Origin: a virus
Lineage: Duplodnaviria; Caudoviricetes
Reading direction: 5' to 3' (one strand)
IMG/VR virus record: IMGVR_UViG_3300011423_000013
Location: 1 to 44,506 of that record
DNA length: 44,506 nt
Made by a program: the position numbers and the translations under genes. The notes under the pieces are model-generated. The model was given only the letters and a program-made list of their open reading frames with translations, was not told the DNA's origin and made no database searches. Position 1 is the stretch's first letter. Each line of letters begins with the position of its first letter. This document shows, piece by piece, positions 9,547 through 18,972 of the stretch.

Positions 9547-10588
9547 TCTATCAGGTAACTATACCCTGCCCGATGGCAACCCCGTACAGGGGGGCCAGGT
9601 CATTGACGTGGAGTGGGCCAATCCGACGATGGGGGATATAGCCCAGCAGCTTAACAACGTCTTCACCCGGGATGGCCTCCTGGGCCCACTGGCCCCCTGG
9701 AAACTCATCGACGGCGTAGCTGCTGCCCCCTCCATGACCTTCAACTCCGAGCTAGGCATGGGCCTGTTCCGCGAGTCTCAGAACGTCATGGGCATAGCCA
9801 TCAATGGCGTGGTTATAGCTAGGTTCTCACCAACGGGCGTGGGGATAGCGGGGGACATAGGTAGGAACGGTACTGCTATTGCCGAAGTACCTACGGGCAC
9901 CATCCTCGACTTCGCAGGACCCACGCCCCCATCTGGTTACCTGGTGTGTAATGGCCAGGCAGTGTCCCGTACCACCTACGCAGCCCTATTCGCGGCTATT
10001 GGGGGGTACTGGGGAACCGGTGACGGCTCTACTACGTTCAACTTGCCCGATTTGCGGCGTCGCAATACCATCCATGCCGGGGGCACAGCCGTAGCGGGGC
10101 CGGGTAGTGCGCTGGGTAGCCTCGGTGGTGCGGAGACTACCGCGCTGGGGGCGACCCATCTTCCCTCCCACCTTCACTCCATCAACGACCAGATACACGC
10201 GCACTTGGTGGGTGTCTCGGGAAACACCGGCACGGTTAGCAACGACCACAGTCACAACTTCGGCACCGATGCGCAGGGCTGGCACCAGCATCGCTACCAA
10301 ACAGCGGTTGCTAGCCCCGTATGGCAGGGACACTCCGAGGCTTACGGCCTGTTTGGCGGCGGCACGATGGACGACACGGGCTTCATCTACAAAACGGAAG
10401 GGGACGGCTCACATACTCACTCTGGTACCACCGGCGGGATAAATCAAAACCATACGCATACCTGGGGAGGGACTTTCGCATCTGATAACCGCTATACAGG
10501 CATCAATACTACAAATGCCACCGGAAGTAACGCTGCCTTCGGCATTATGCCTCCGTCAGCTGTCGTTAACAAGATCATCAAGTTCTAA
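9536..10588 (+). CDS. Tail fibre protein with tail collar domain
   Basis: GTILDFAGPTPPSGYLVCNGQAVSRTTYAALFAAIG...FNLPDLR tail collar signature; repeated HxH motifs; ends VNKIIKF. Confidence 0.9.
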   Translation: MPRDLSGNYTLPDGNPVQGGQVIDVEWANPTMGDIAQQLNNVFTRDGLLGPLAPWKLIDGVAAAPSMTFNSELGMGLFRESQNVMGIAINGVVIARFSPTGVGIAGDIGRNGTAIAEVPTGTILDFAGPTPPSGYLVCNGQAVSRTTYAALFAAIGGYWGTGDGSTTFNLPDLRRRNTIHAGGTAVAGPGSALGSLGGAETTALGATHLPSHLHSINDQIHAHLVGVSGNTGTVSNDHSHNFGTDAQGWHQHRYQTAVASPVWQGHSEAYGLFGGGTMDDTGFIYKTEGDGSHTHSGTTGGINQNHTHTWGGTFASDNRYTGINTTNATGSNAAFGIMPPSAVVNKIIKF

Positions 10589-10589
10589 T

Positions 10590-10793
10590 ATGACCCTAAA
10601 CTTTGACGACAAACAAATGGATTGCCTATTCAGGGCATTGTCCGCTCGTCCGTGGGGGGAGGTGGTCTCCCTCATGACGAGTATTTCTCAACAGATACAG
10701 CTACAGGAGCAACAAAATGCCAGATCAAGGAATGCCGATGGGCCTATCGGGCCTCCTACAGAGGGCGCAGCAGGGGGACCCGAGTGCCCTTGA
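10590..10793 (+). CDS. Small hypothetical protein (possible fibre chaperone)
   Basis: ATG just after the fibre stop; ALSARPWGEVVSLM helical motif. Confidence 0.5.
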   Translation: MTLNFDDKQMDCLFRALSARPWGEVVSLMTSISQQIQLQEQQNARSRNADGPIGPPTEGAAGGPECP

Positions 10794-11016
10794 AATGCTA
10801 CAACAACTGGGCATAGGCCCGGATGGTCAGCCTGCGCCGCCGCCTGGCGGCCCACCTGGTATGCCTCCTGGAGGTGGTGGCCCTCCTGGTATGGGCGCTG
10901 GTCCTCCACCTGGGGGTATGGCGCCCCCCGGTGGGGGTGGAATGCCACCCCCAGGAGGTGGGGGTATGCCCCCGCCAGCAATGATGTCTCAAGCTCTACG
11001 TGGAGGTATGCAATGA
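10717..11016 (+). CDS. Pro/Gly/Met-rich low-complexity protein
   Basis: GGAG RBS; repeated PPGGGGMP; ends MMSQALRGGMQ; ATGA coupling to the next gene. Confidence 0.55.
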   Translation: MPDQGMPMGLSGLLQRAQQGDPSALEMLQQLGIGPDGQPAPPPGGPPGMPPGGGGPPGMGAGPPPGGMAPPGGGGMPPPGGGGMPPPAMMSQALRGGMQ

Positions 11017-11279
11017 AATACATTCTCGCCCTCTTGGCCTTGGTCTCGACCTTGGCCGTCGCTCAGCCGGCACCCCGGCCCAATCTGCCCGGCCCCGACA
11101 GGGACCGCTGGGACCAGCAATGGCGACCCCATCCGGGTCACGTTCGCTACCCCCGCAACTGTCGCGAGTGGCGCCGTGAGGTTCGCCATCACCCGCGCCT
11201 CCGTCTGCCGTACTATTGCCGGTATGACGAGCGCCGCGATGGCCCTCCCTTCGGTCCCCCCAGGCCGGAGCACCGTTAA
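11013..11279 (+). CDS. Exported Arg/Pro-rich small protein
   Basis: Signal peptide MKYILALLALVSTLAVA; GGAGG RBS; two Cys. Confidence 0.65.
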   Translation: MKYILALLALVSTLAVAQPAPRPNLPGPDRDRWDQQWRPHPGHVRYPRNCREWRREVRHHPRLRLPYYCRYDERRDGPPFGPPRPEHR

Positions 11280-11449
11280 TGCCTAAGGCCCTTCACGACA
11301 AGCTGGCCAGGCAGGCCTCTAAGAAGGGCCTGAAGGGCGACAGGGCTGACGCATACGTGTACGGTACGATGCGTCAGACCGGGTGGGAGCCTGAACGGGA
11401 GAAGAAAAGCAAGTCCAAGCGGCTTTCCAAAGCGTTACGGGGGAAATAG
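11279..11449 (+). CDS. Small basic protein (56 aa, not in the ORF track)
   Basis: TAATG coupling; translates MPKALHDKLARQASKKGLKGDRADAYVYGTMRQTGWEPEREKKSKSKRLSKALRGK. Confidence 0.6.
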   Translation: MPKALHDKLARQASKKGLKGDRADAYVYGTMRQTGWEPEREKKSKSKRLSKALRGK

Positions 11450-11556
11450 CCCCCGTTACAGCAAAACCAAGCCCTAATGCAGGCCCGTGCAGCGATTATT
11501 TTCGGGGGGGTAAGGGGGTAGGTAGGGGTAAAATCGGGGCGGTCCTAGGAGTTTAT

Positions 11557-12792
11557 ATGTCAGAAGCATCAGCCGTACTAGACCACGCGGACGAGGTGAT
11601 TCTCCCGATCATAGCACTTGCTTCGGGCTACAACGGTGCTGTCATTAGTATCACCGAGGACCTTCATCTGTATGTCCGCCCAGCTGGCAGCGATGCCAAT
11701 GATGGGTACACCAATACGGATGCCCATGCCTTCTCTAGCGGCACCCGAGCCTATGAGGAAGCCAAGCGGTTCATCCCCAGCGATGGGGCCCAAATCATTA
11801 TCCACCTGGGGACGGGCATGCTCGCCCCCATACAGGCTGTCGGGTACATACCTGGACCGCCAGTCGTCTTTAGGGGTAATGGCGCAGCCGCTACCTCAGT
11901 GGTTAAGGGGGTATTGGGTGCCCCCGTTGACGCATCCTTCTATGCTGACGCCGGGGCCAGTATCCTGGTGGAGAGCTTCAAGGTGGGAGGCGACGGCCAG
12001 AGTAACGGGATCATGTCCTCTCATGGGGCTACCGTCACCATCGGTACAGGCATGGACCTGGGCTCTGTAGCGGGCTCTCAGTTGCTGTCCGCCTCCGGGG
12101 GGTCCATCTACAACTACTCCCCCTACACCATCAGCGGCGGCGGGGCTAGCCACATGGGGGCCTGGGGAGCAGGGGCCTACATTGAGGGCGGTAGCACCGT
12201 TGTAACGATCCCCGCAGCCATCACCTTCACCTCGGCCTTCGTTGACGTAGGCATGGACGCTACGGTGTTCAACTCGGACACTGACTACGTGGGCCGGGAG
12301 AACGTCACCGGCATGCGGTTCATAGTGAAGGACTTCGGTTACATCAATACGGAGAACAGCGGCCTCAACTACTTCCCCGGCACCATCGCAGGGACCTGGT
12401 TGAATGGTGGGGCCTACGACCAGAGTGGCGGGGCGAATCCCGGCCCCCCTGGCCCTACGGGTCCCATGGGCCCCAAGTCCCTGTCCCTCCAGTTGCCCAT
12501 CGCTGGTGACGAGGTGTCGATGTTCTACGCCAGAGCGGCGCTGACCATTACCCAGATCAATGCGGTGGTGAGGGGGACTACCCCAGGCGTGACGTGGCAG
12601 GTGCTGTACGCTGCCTCCCGCAACTCGGCGGGTACGCCAGTGATCACGGCCCCCACCAACACCACCTCTCTCGCTAACAATACGATCACCACGTTTAACA
12701 ATCCCAACGTACCAGCTAATAACTGGGTATGGATGAAGGTTACGGCCACTTCTGGGATTGCGTTAGAACTCGGCCTGAGCCTTCAATTCTAG
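11557..12792 (+). CDS. Tail spike / appendage protein (beta-helix-like) with short collagen-like linker
   Basis: AGGAG RBS; LYVRPAGSDANDG motif; Gly-rich beta repeats; PGPPGPTGPMGP. Confidence 0.6.
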   Translation: MSEASAVLDHADEVILPIIALASGYNGAVISITEDLHLYVRPAGSDANDGYTNTDAHAFSSGTRAYEEAKRFIPSDGAQIIIHLGTGMLAPIQAVGYIPGPPVVFRGNGAAATSVVKGVLGAPVDASFYADAGASILVESFKVGGDGQSNGIMSSHGATVTIGTGMDLGSVAGSQLLSASGGSIYNYSPYTISGGGASHMGAWGAGAYIEGGSTVVTIPAAITFTSAFVDVGMDATVFNSDTDYVGRENVTGMRFIVKDFGYINTENSGLNYFPGTIAGTWLNGGAYDQSGGANPGPPGPTGPMGPKSLSLQLPIAGDEVSMFYARAALTITQINAVVRGTTPGVTWQVLYAASRNSAGTPVITAPTNTTSLANNTITTFNNPNVPANNWVWMKVTATSGIALELGLSLQF

Positions 12793-12800
12793 GAGCTATC

Positions 12801-13223
12801 ATGACACTCAAGTACAGCACTACAGTCAACACCGGTCGGCTGAACGCCATCGAAACGGCCACCCCGGCCAGCCCCTCGCTGCGTATCTACAAAGGTACGG
12901 AGCCCGCCATCGGCGCAGTGGCCACCTCCAGCGATCTGCTGGCCAAGATCGTGCTGGGAGCAGACTGGCTGAGCGCCCCATCGGGCTCGGTCCCCAACCT
13001 GAAGGTGGACAAGGTGGGCACCTGGTCCGTCGCCGCCACTGGTGCGGGTACGGCCAGCTGGTTCCGTATCAGCGCCACGGGTGCCGACGAAACCGTGGTG
13101 GGTCACGTACAGGGCTCTTGCGGCCAAGGCTCGGGGGACATGTCCTTCGACAACAACGTCATTCAGGTCGGTCAGACCGTTACGGTTAACACCTTCTCGA
13201 TCACTGCCGGTAATCAAGCCTGA
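12801..13223 (+). CDS. Virion structural protein
   Basis: AGGAG RBS; LRIYKG, GTASWFRI and VTVNTFSIT motifs typical of small phage structural proteins. Confidence 0.65.
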   Translation: MTLKYSTTVNTGRLNAIETATPASPSLRIYKGTEPAIGAVATSSDLLAKIVLGADWLSAPSGSVPNLKVDKVGTWSVAATGAGTASWFRISATGADETVVGHVQGSCGQGSGDMSFDNNVIQVGQTVTVNTFSITAGNQA

Positions 13224-13232
13224 TAGGGCCAT

Positions 13233-16200
13233 GTGGCTACAACCCTCTGGCTAATAGGGCAAGGCGGTGAACTGTACCCCGATCAGGGGGAACAGGCCAC
13301 CAATCTGCCCAAGGCTACCAACAACGTTGCTTCCGGTAGCAGCGCTGAGGGTCGCCTTAGCCTGTTCCTTAACGGTAGTGCTAACAAAGAAGACAGGTCT
13401 GTCGACCTCACGGCCACTACCGCGCTACAGTCCACGTACTTTGGTAGGTTCACTAGTCGGAAACTAGCAGCCCAGACGATCCCTGCCCAGACGTGGACTG
13501 CTGCCTTCTTCATGGGGGAGGAAGCAAGCACTGCTAACCAGTACTTGTGGCCTGTAATATACGTCTGGAGGCCAGGGGTAGGCCGAGTTGGCTTTATATT
13601 TGACGCAGCAGCAGCAGCGGGCACGGAGCTTCCCACCACTCCTGCTATTGCGTCAAAGACGTTCTCTGGCTCGGCCCTTGCCGTACAGGCCGGTGACGTT
13701 CTTGTCCTTGAGGTATGGTATGCTGGCACGTCAGGTGGCGCGGCGGGGCAGACTCAGACGTTGCGGGTTACATCTAACCCCGACACTAAGCTCACCTCGC
13801 CCTACACCATACTGTTCGAGCCCAATCCTAAGATAGAGACACTGAAGGAGGACTTTGAGGCCCCCCTCGATACAGCTAAGTGGCTGACGGATACAGTAAG
13901 TGGTACTGTCACCTTCTCCGGGGGTACAGGCAACTTCAACTATACATCGACGGTAAACGGCACCCACGCAGGCTTAGAGTCCCAAGGTGAGTACGACTTC
14001 GCAGGTAGCTCGGCCTTCGTCAAGATAGCTGATGCCCCATGGTGGGGAGCCGGCAACCCCGCAGGTGGTGAATTCTCGTTCAGTATTGAATCCGCGAACA
14101 CCAATCGGATTGACTGGACGATCTACTCGACTGGTAACCTCTCGCTCATCAAGTTCACCAATAACACTTGGGCGCAGATTGCGGAGATAGAGGCCAACTT
14201 CCGCCCGGTCAAAGACAACTATGCCTGGCTGCGGTTTCGGGAATCAGGTGGTACGATCTACTTTGAAGCGGCCCCCCTCACTGCTTCTAATCCACCCCTA
14301 CCGGGTGAGTGGGTTGTTAAATACTCGGGTACAGTCGCCAGCCTACCGATAACGCTTGCCTCTGCTAAGGTTACTTTCAGGGTTTGGATAAGCAATGCTA
14401 CGGCTGGGTACGCTAACCCGATGCCGAAGATTGATGCGCTAAATAACGCCACCACCTCCGGCCCCACTAGCATAGCCACCCTTACCGCTACTGAGGAAGC
14501 GGATACAGTAGCAGCCACCGTATCGGTTACAACTCCCCCTCGTACCGCCAACCTTGCCGTTACAGAGGCAGCAGATACGGTGGCTGGCGTAGTCAAGTCT
14601 ACAGCTACCGCCAACCTCGACGTGACCGAGGCCAAGGATACGTCAGCTAGTGCGGTCAAGGTCGGAGCCCCTGCTAACCTCTCCGTCACCGAGGCCCCGG
14701 ACACCCTGGCCTCGACCGTATCTGCCCCCTTCCCGTTGATTGAGACCTTCACGGAGAACTTTGAGGCCCCGCTAGACACTGCTAAGTGGGACCCAGTTGT
14801 AGTCAACGGAACGATTACATTTACAGACGGGGTTGGGGTCCAAACCCTAACCTCAGCAGCGGTAGCTAACCAAGCGTCCCTGATCTCAAAGGGGTTCTAC
14901 AACTTCATCGGTAGCTCGCTGTTCTACAAGTTCGTCCAGCCGATACGTACAGCAGGCAATGTCGTAGGACTTGAGAATGGCTTTGGGGTTAGGACCCCCG
15001 CCAACGGTCGCACTATCCAGTGGTGGCTAGAGGCGGACGGTGTACTGAAGGCGGTAAAGCAGGACCAGTTCGTACAGACGGTGTTCGCTATAGTAGAGCC
15101 CAACTACTACGCGAACCCACTCCCCTACACCTGGCTGCGTATCCGGGAGTCAGGTGGGACGGTTTACTTTGACTCGGCCCCCGACACCGCCTCCAACCCA
15201 CCCATAGAGGCTGACTGGGTCAACAGGGCTTCCGCCGCCACCGCCACCATAAACGGGCCGTGGACCCAAGCTCAGGTTAACTCCTACATATACATGCAGG
15301 GGGCAGCTGCCGGGGTCCCGATCCAGCCGCTGAAGATTGACGGTATTAACACTGCTGCTAATGGCCCCACCATTAGCACAGGTGACCTGTCTGTAACTGA
15401 GGCCAAGGATGTCGTAGCGGCTACTGCTACCGCAGGGTGGCCTGGGCTTAACGCTACGCTGTCTGTAACGGAGGCCAATGACACCGTAGCCAGCACCGCT
15501 TTGATAGGCCGGGATGCTACCCTGGCCGTGACCGAGGCAGCGGATACCATCTCAGCCACCGTCAAGTCCACGGCTGGTGCTACCGCTACCCTAACAGAGG
15601 CCCCGGACAGCATTGCCTCCACGGCCACGGTGAGCAGGGCTGCTAGCGCCTCGATGACGGAGGCCAACGATACCGTAGCATCTACAGCGGTGACCGTAAT
15701 TGGGGCTTCCCTGTCCGTGACGGAGGCCAATGATAGTGTTGCCTCTACGGGCACGGTGGCGTGGCCAGCGATAACCGCCAACCTGAACGTGACCGAGGCG
15801 GCGGATACAGCGGCAGCTACGGTCAGCGTGGTTACCCCCACCATACTGTACTTCTCCGACGTTGTACCATCCCAAGCGCCTACTACGGGGGACAAGTCCA
15901 CCTATATGCCTGGGACAGGATTGTTCAGGGATGGGTGGACCCCGGAGGCTACGTGGACCACCACGGTCCCCCCAGGGCCGGAAACTATACATAGTATCAA
16001 TGTCGGACCCGGCTATGACGGCGGTATCTCTGGGTTCTTTGGTAGGTTCTCCAGCAATCCCCTAATAGCTCAGACTATACCTGCTCAGAACTGGACCTAT
16101 GGGCCAAAGGTAGGGGGCAACTCTAACGTACAGCCCAGACACGTACCCGTAATGTACGTGTGGAGACCGTCGAACAATACAGTAGTTGGCTATATCTTTG

Positions 16201-17066
16201 ACGCCAATTACATCCCCAATAATGGGGTACCATGGCCAACAAGTGGGGGCGTACAACAGCAGTTCCAGGACTTCGCCGGGGCCAGCGTAACCGCCCAAGC
16301 CGGGGACATACTAGTTATTGAGACCTGGAGCTATGGCGTAGACACCATAGGCAACGGGTCGGGGGCTCAGTGGTATAGCAACTCTGCCGTATCATATATT
16401 CGTTCCCCGTACCCCATTCTGTTCTCTGGGGCGGTACTCAAGGCTGACCTTGGTAAGACAGAGGCTGACGACACGCTGGTCTCTACCGTTAGCACTACCA
16501 TAACTGCTAATGCGGCCATCACCGAGGCCCCGGATAGCCTGGCGACTGACGTAGATGTCGTAGCCAAGGCCAACGCGGGCATTACGGAGGCAGGGGATAC
16601 CTTGTCGGCCACGGTTAAGGGCATAGCTGGCGCCGCCCTATCCGCAACGGAGGCAGGGGATAGCATCGCCGCGACGGCGCGGGGTATAGCCGGGGCCACC
16701 CTAGTCGTAACGGAAGCTGGAGATACCCTTTCCAGTGCTGGGGTAGTAGTCCCAATTATTACCGCTACCCTCTCCGTCACAGAGGCCCCAGATACCGTAG
16801 CAGCTACAGCTGCGCTAGCAAACCCAATTAGGGTTGCGGACCTCTCCGTTACAGAGGCCAAGGACACCCTAGGCTCCACGGCTACGGTGGCATGGCCCCC
16901 CTCAGCCGGCAGTCTCTCAGTCACAGAGGCTAAGGATACATTGTCGTCCACGGCTAAGGTATCCGCATTCGGGGAGGTAATTGCTAACCTGGCTGTAACG
17001 GAGGCCCCCGATACAGCGCTTGGCTACACGGTCAAGCCCAGGAAACGGGCCATACTGATCACCTAA
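13233..17066 (+). CDS. Large repetitive virion appendage / adhesin-like protein (1277 aa)
   Basis: Many (L/A)xVTEAxDT repeats separating two pairs of duplicated globular domains. Confidence 0.7.
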   Translation: MATTLWLIGQGGELYPDQGEQATNLPKATNNVASGSSAEGRLSLFLNGSANKEDRSVDLTATTALQSTYFGRFTSRKLAAQTIPAQTWTAAFFMGEEASTANQYLWPVIYVWRPGVGRVGFIFDAAAAAGTELPTTPAIASKTFSGSALAVQAGDVLVLEVWYAGTSGGAAGQTQTLRVTSNPDTKLTSPYTILFEPNPKIETLKEDFEAPLDTAKWLTDTVSGTVTFSGGTGNFNYTSTVNGTHAGLESQGEYDFAGSSAFVKIADAPWWGAGNPAGGEFSFSIESANTNRIDWTIYSTGNLSLIKFTNNTWAQIAEIEANFRPVKDNYAWLRFRESGGTIYFEAAPLTASNPPLPGEWVVKYSGTVASLPITLASAKVTFRVWISNATAGYANPMPKIDALNNATTSGPTSIATLTATEEADTVAATVSVTTPPRTANLAVTEAADTVAGVVKSTATANLDVTEAKDTSASAVKVGAPANLSVTEAPDTLASTVSAPFPLIETFTENFEAPLDTAKWDPVVVNGTITFTDGVGVQTLTSAAVANQASLISKGFYNFIGSSLFYKFVQPIRTAGNVVGLENGFGVRTPANGRTIQWWLEADGVLKAVKQDQFVQTVFAIVEPNYYANPLPYTWLRIRESGGTVYFDSAPDTASNPPIEADWVNRASAATATINGPWTQAQVNSYIYMQGAAAGVPIQPLKIDGINTAANGPTISTGDLSVTEAKDVVAATATAGWPGLNATLSVTEANDTVASTALIGRDATLAVTEAADTISATVKSTAGATATLTEAPDSIASTATVSRAASASMTEANDTVASTAVTVIGASLSVTEANDSVASTGTVAWPAITANLNVTEAADTAAATVSVVTPTILYFSDVVPSQAPTTGDKSTYMPGTGLFRDGWTPEATWTTTVPPGPETIHSINVGPGYDGGISGFFGRFSSNPLIAQTIPAQNWTYGPKVGGNSNVQPRHVPVMYVWRPSNNTVVGYIFDANYIPNNGVPWPTSGGVQQQFQDFAGASVTAQAGDILVIETWSYGVDTIGNGSGAQWYSNSAVSYIRSPYPILFSGAVLKADLGKTEADDTLVSTVSTTITANAAITEAPDSLATDVDVVAKANAGITEAGDTLSATVKGIAGAALSATEAGDSIAATARGIAGATLVVTEAGDTLSSAGVVVPIITATLSVTEAPDTVAATAALANPIRVADLSVTEAKDTLGSTATVAWPPSAGSLSVTEAKDTLSSTAKVSAFGEVIANLAVTEAPDTALGYTVKPRKRAILIT

Positions 17067-17076
17067 GGAGGTGTAT

Positions 17077-17319
17077 ATGAAGTACTTTGTACTTGCGCTT
17101 ATGGTTCTCTTGGCCGGTTGCGCGGCGCGTCTTAACTTGCCTGGTCCGAACGACGTGGAGATCAGCATCCCAGCCGTGACGATAGAAACCCGCCCTGAAT
17201 ATCAGGGTCGGGTCCATCTGCGTCGGCATTGGGTTGAGAGGGGCACCCGCTACTGTGAATACAGTAATGGGGTTGTCCATCAGCGGCGTTACCGCTACGA
17301 CTGCCCCTACACCTACTAG
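17077..17319 (+). CDS. Lipoprotein
   Basis: AGGAGG RBS; MKYFVLALMVLLAGC lipobox. Confidence 0.75.
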   Translation: MKYFVLALMVLLAGCAARLNLPGPNDVEISIPAVTIETRPEYQGRVHLRRHWVERGTRYCEYSNGVVHQRRYRYDCPYTY

Positions 17320-17627
17320 CAGCGTGTAGTAGGTTTGGGCCGATGCTTCGGCTTCACCTTCGGCTTCAGTGGAACTGAGGCCGGGGGTGGGTTCTGGCAC
17401 ACCGGCATCATGATCGGTGGAGCCTGGACCGGGGCCGCGTAGGCCACCGGCGGTGGAGCAGGCACATGGGGCTTCACATGGGCATGAAGCTCCGCGTTAC
17501 ACTTGCTGAAAGAACCTGCGGACTTATGCCCGCCGTTCCACGAGTAGCAGGTGGGCTCATCCTGGAAGCCACCGCCCGCGTAGGAGCAGGTGGCGACCAG
17601 GAGGCCCGCAAGGGCCAGGTATTTCAT
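17316..17627 (-). CDS. Exported Pro-rich small protein
   Basis: Signal peptide MKYLALAGLLVATCSYA; ATGA overlap with the upstream gene. Confidence 0.6.
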   Translation of the reverse strand: MKYLALAGLLVATCSYAGGGFQDEPTCYSWNGGHKSAGSFSKCNAELHAHVKPHVPAPPPVAYAAPVQAPPIMMPVCQNPPPASVPLKPKVKPKHRPKPTTRC

Positions 17628-17860
17628 TTGGTGTTCCAGGTTACGGCCTTGACTGCCCACATCTGGGAAGTCTGGGCCTCGGTGATGGCGATGGAGAGCA
17701 TGCGCTTTTCATCCGGGTCGGTGCTTTCAGTACGCAGGTCGTTGAGGTTGTCGATGACATCCGCAAACTGCCCCTTGATAGCGTTGACCGTAAGATTGCC
17801 CCCAGGATTGAAGGTAAGGCCCACTGCCCTACCTCCGAACGTCAGGTCATCTTTGGTCAT
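17624..17860 (-). CDS. Putative Acb2/Tad1-like helical-hairpin anti-defence protein
   Basis: 78 aa; GLTFNP, then a helix, then KRMLSIAITEAQTSQMWAVKAVT, resembling the second helix of Acb2/Tad1 cyclic-nucleotide sponges. Confidence 0.6.
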   Translation of the reverse strand: MTKDDLTFGGRAVGLTFNPGGNLTVNAIKGQFADVIDNLNDLRTESTDPDEKRMLSIAITEAQTSQMWAVKAVTWNTK

Positions 17861-18447
17861 TTGGGTGCCTTCACTTCCTTGGAGATGATCGCGTCGTTCA
17901 TGGCGCCGAGGCCACGAACTGCGTCCATCATCAGGATCATGAGCTCACCCTTCTCTTGAGGATGGGCCGCCCCGTCAAGGGATTGCATGGCCATGCCGAT
18001 GACTCGGACGTTTTCACGGACGACGCAGGAGGGCTCGACACTGGCCCCATTGAGTCCCAGACCCCATCCTGGACCAGCGAGTCCCAGTCCACCGCTGACG
18101 CCCGTACAGGGGCCGCTTGCGGGACCGGACATTGCGATACCCGGTACGTTCTTGAGGGTCTGCTTCCCTGAGTAGTGAACGTTGGTATTGTTCGTGGTAG
18201 TGCCCGACTGGACATTCTCGACCCTCCCGGTGTAATGCTCGTTGACCGTTTGCGTTGATGTAGCGTTGACCGTTTGGGAGGTGGGGCCAGACTGGTCAAT
18301 GACGACCACGTTGCCCGCTGCTACCGATCCCGATTGAGACTCGGCCCGCGCCGCCGACTGAGCCTGTGACTGAGCGGTGGCTTCCGCTTCCTGCGCCTGA
18401 GCGCCGAAGGCGGCGAACAGGGCTAGGACGATGATGGTATGTTTCAT
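17857..18447 (-). CDS. Exported protein
   Basis: Signal peptide MKHTIIVLALFAAFGAQA; low-complexity N-half; Cys pair flanking a Gly-rich hairpin. Confidence 0.7.
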   Translation of the reverse strand: MKHTIIVLALFAAFGAQAQEAEATAQSQAQSAARAESQSGSVAAGNVVVIDQSGPTSQTVNATSTQTVNEHYTGRVENVQSGTTTNNTNVHYSGKQTLKNVPGIAMSGPASGPCTGVSGGLGLAGPGWGLGLNGASVEPSCVVRENVRVIGMAMQSLDGAAHPQEKGELMILMMDAVRGLGAMNDAIISKEVKAPK

Positions 18448-18463
18448 GAGTTCCTCTGTGATG

Positions 18464-18503
18464 AAAAAGAAAAGCCCCGCCAGGCTGGTAGCTCGGCGGG
18501 GCT
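18464..18503 (-). terminator. Intrinsic terminator / attenuator
   Basis: Minus strand reads AGCCCCGCC-loop-GGCGGGGCT followed by TTTCTTTTT. Confidence 0.7.
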
Positions 18504-18524
18504 AGGTGCCTTCAGGCCCCCGGA

Positions 18525-18905
18525 TTAGGGGTTGACGAAGACGAAGCCCTTCAGGAGGCCGAAGCTGCCCGAAGCCGAGCTGTTCGAGGCGCCCAGGCTG
18601 GAGCCATTCTGACCGGCCAGGCCGAAGCTGAAGCCGTTCTGGTTGGCCGAGGCGGTGTCCTCGTGGAGCGAAGTGGTCTGACCACCGGTCGAGTTGACCA
18701 GGGTCGTGTTCTCCGCGCCGCCAGCGCTGGAAGCGTCTTGATGACCTGCCGACACCCCGAACAGGAGGGAGCCTTGGTTGCCGCCGGCAATGGCGCCACC
18801 GCTGGTTGCCGAGGTCCCGGTAGCACCGGCAACGCCGGCACCGATGTCCAGAGCGAAGGCGGAAGTTGCGGCGAGCATAGCCAGGGCAATGAGAGTCTTC
18901 TTCAT
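18525..18905 (-). CDS. Exported Gly/Ser/Ala-rich protein
   Basis: Signal peptide MKKTLIALAMLAATSAFA; GAGG RBS; strongly biased codon usage. Confidence 0.75.
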   Translation of the reverse strand: MKKTLIALAMLAATSAFALDIGAGVAGATGTSATSGGAIAGGNQGSLLFGVSAGHQDASSAGGAENTTLVNSTGGQTTSLHEDTASANQNGFSFGLAGQNGSSLGASNSSASGSFGLLKGFVFVNP

Positions 18906-18972
18906 GATCAATTTCCTCTTACACGTGTATCCCAGGAACCGCTGGGCCGGTGTTTCGATCCTTCTCAGGGGA

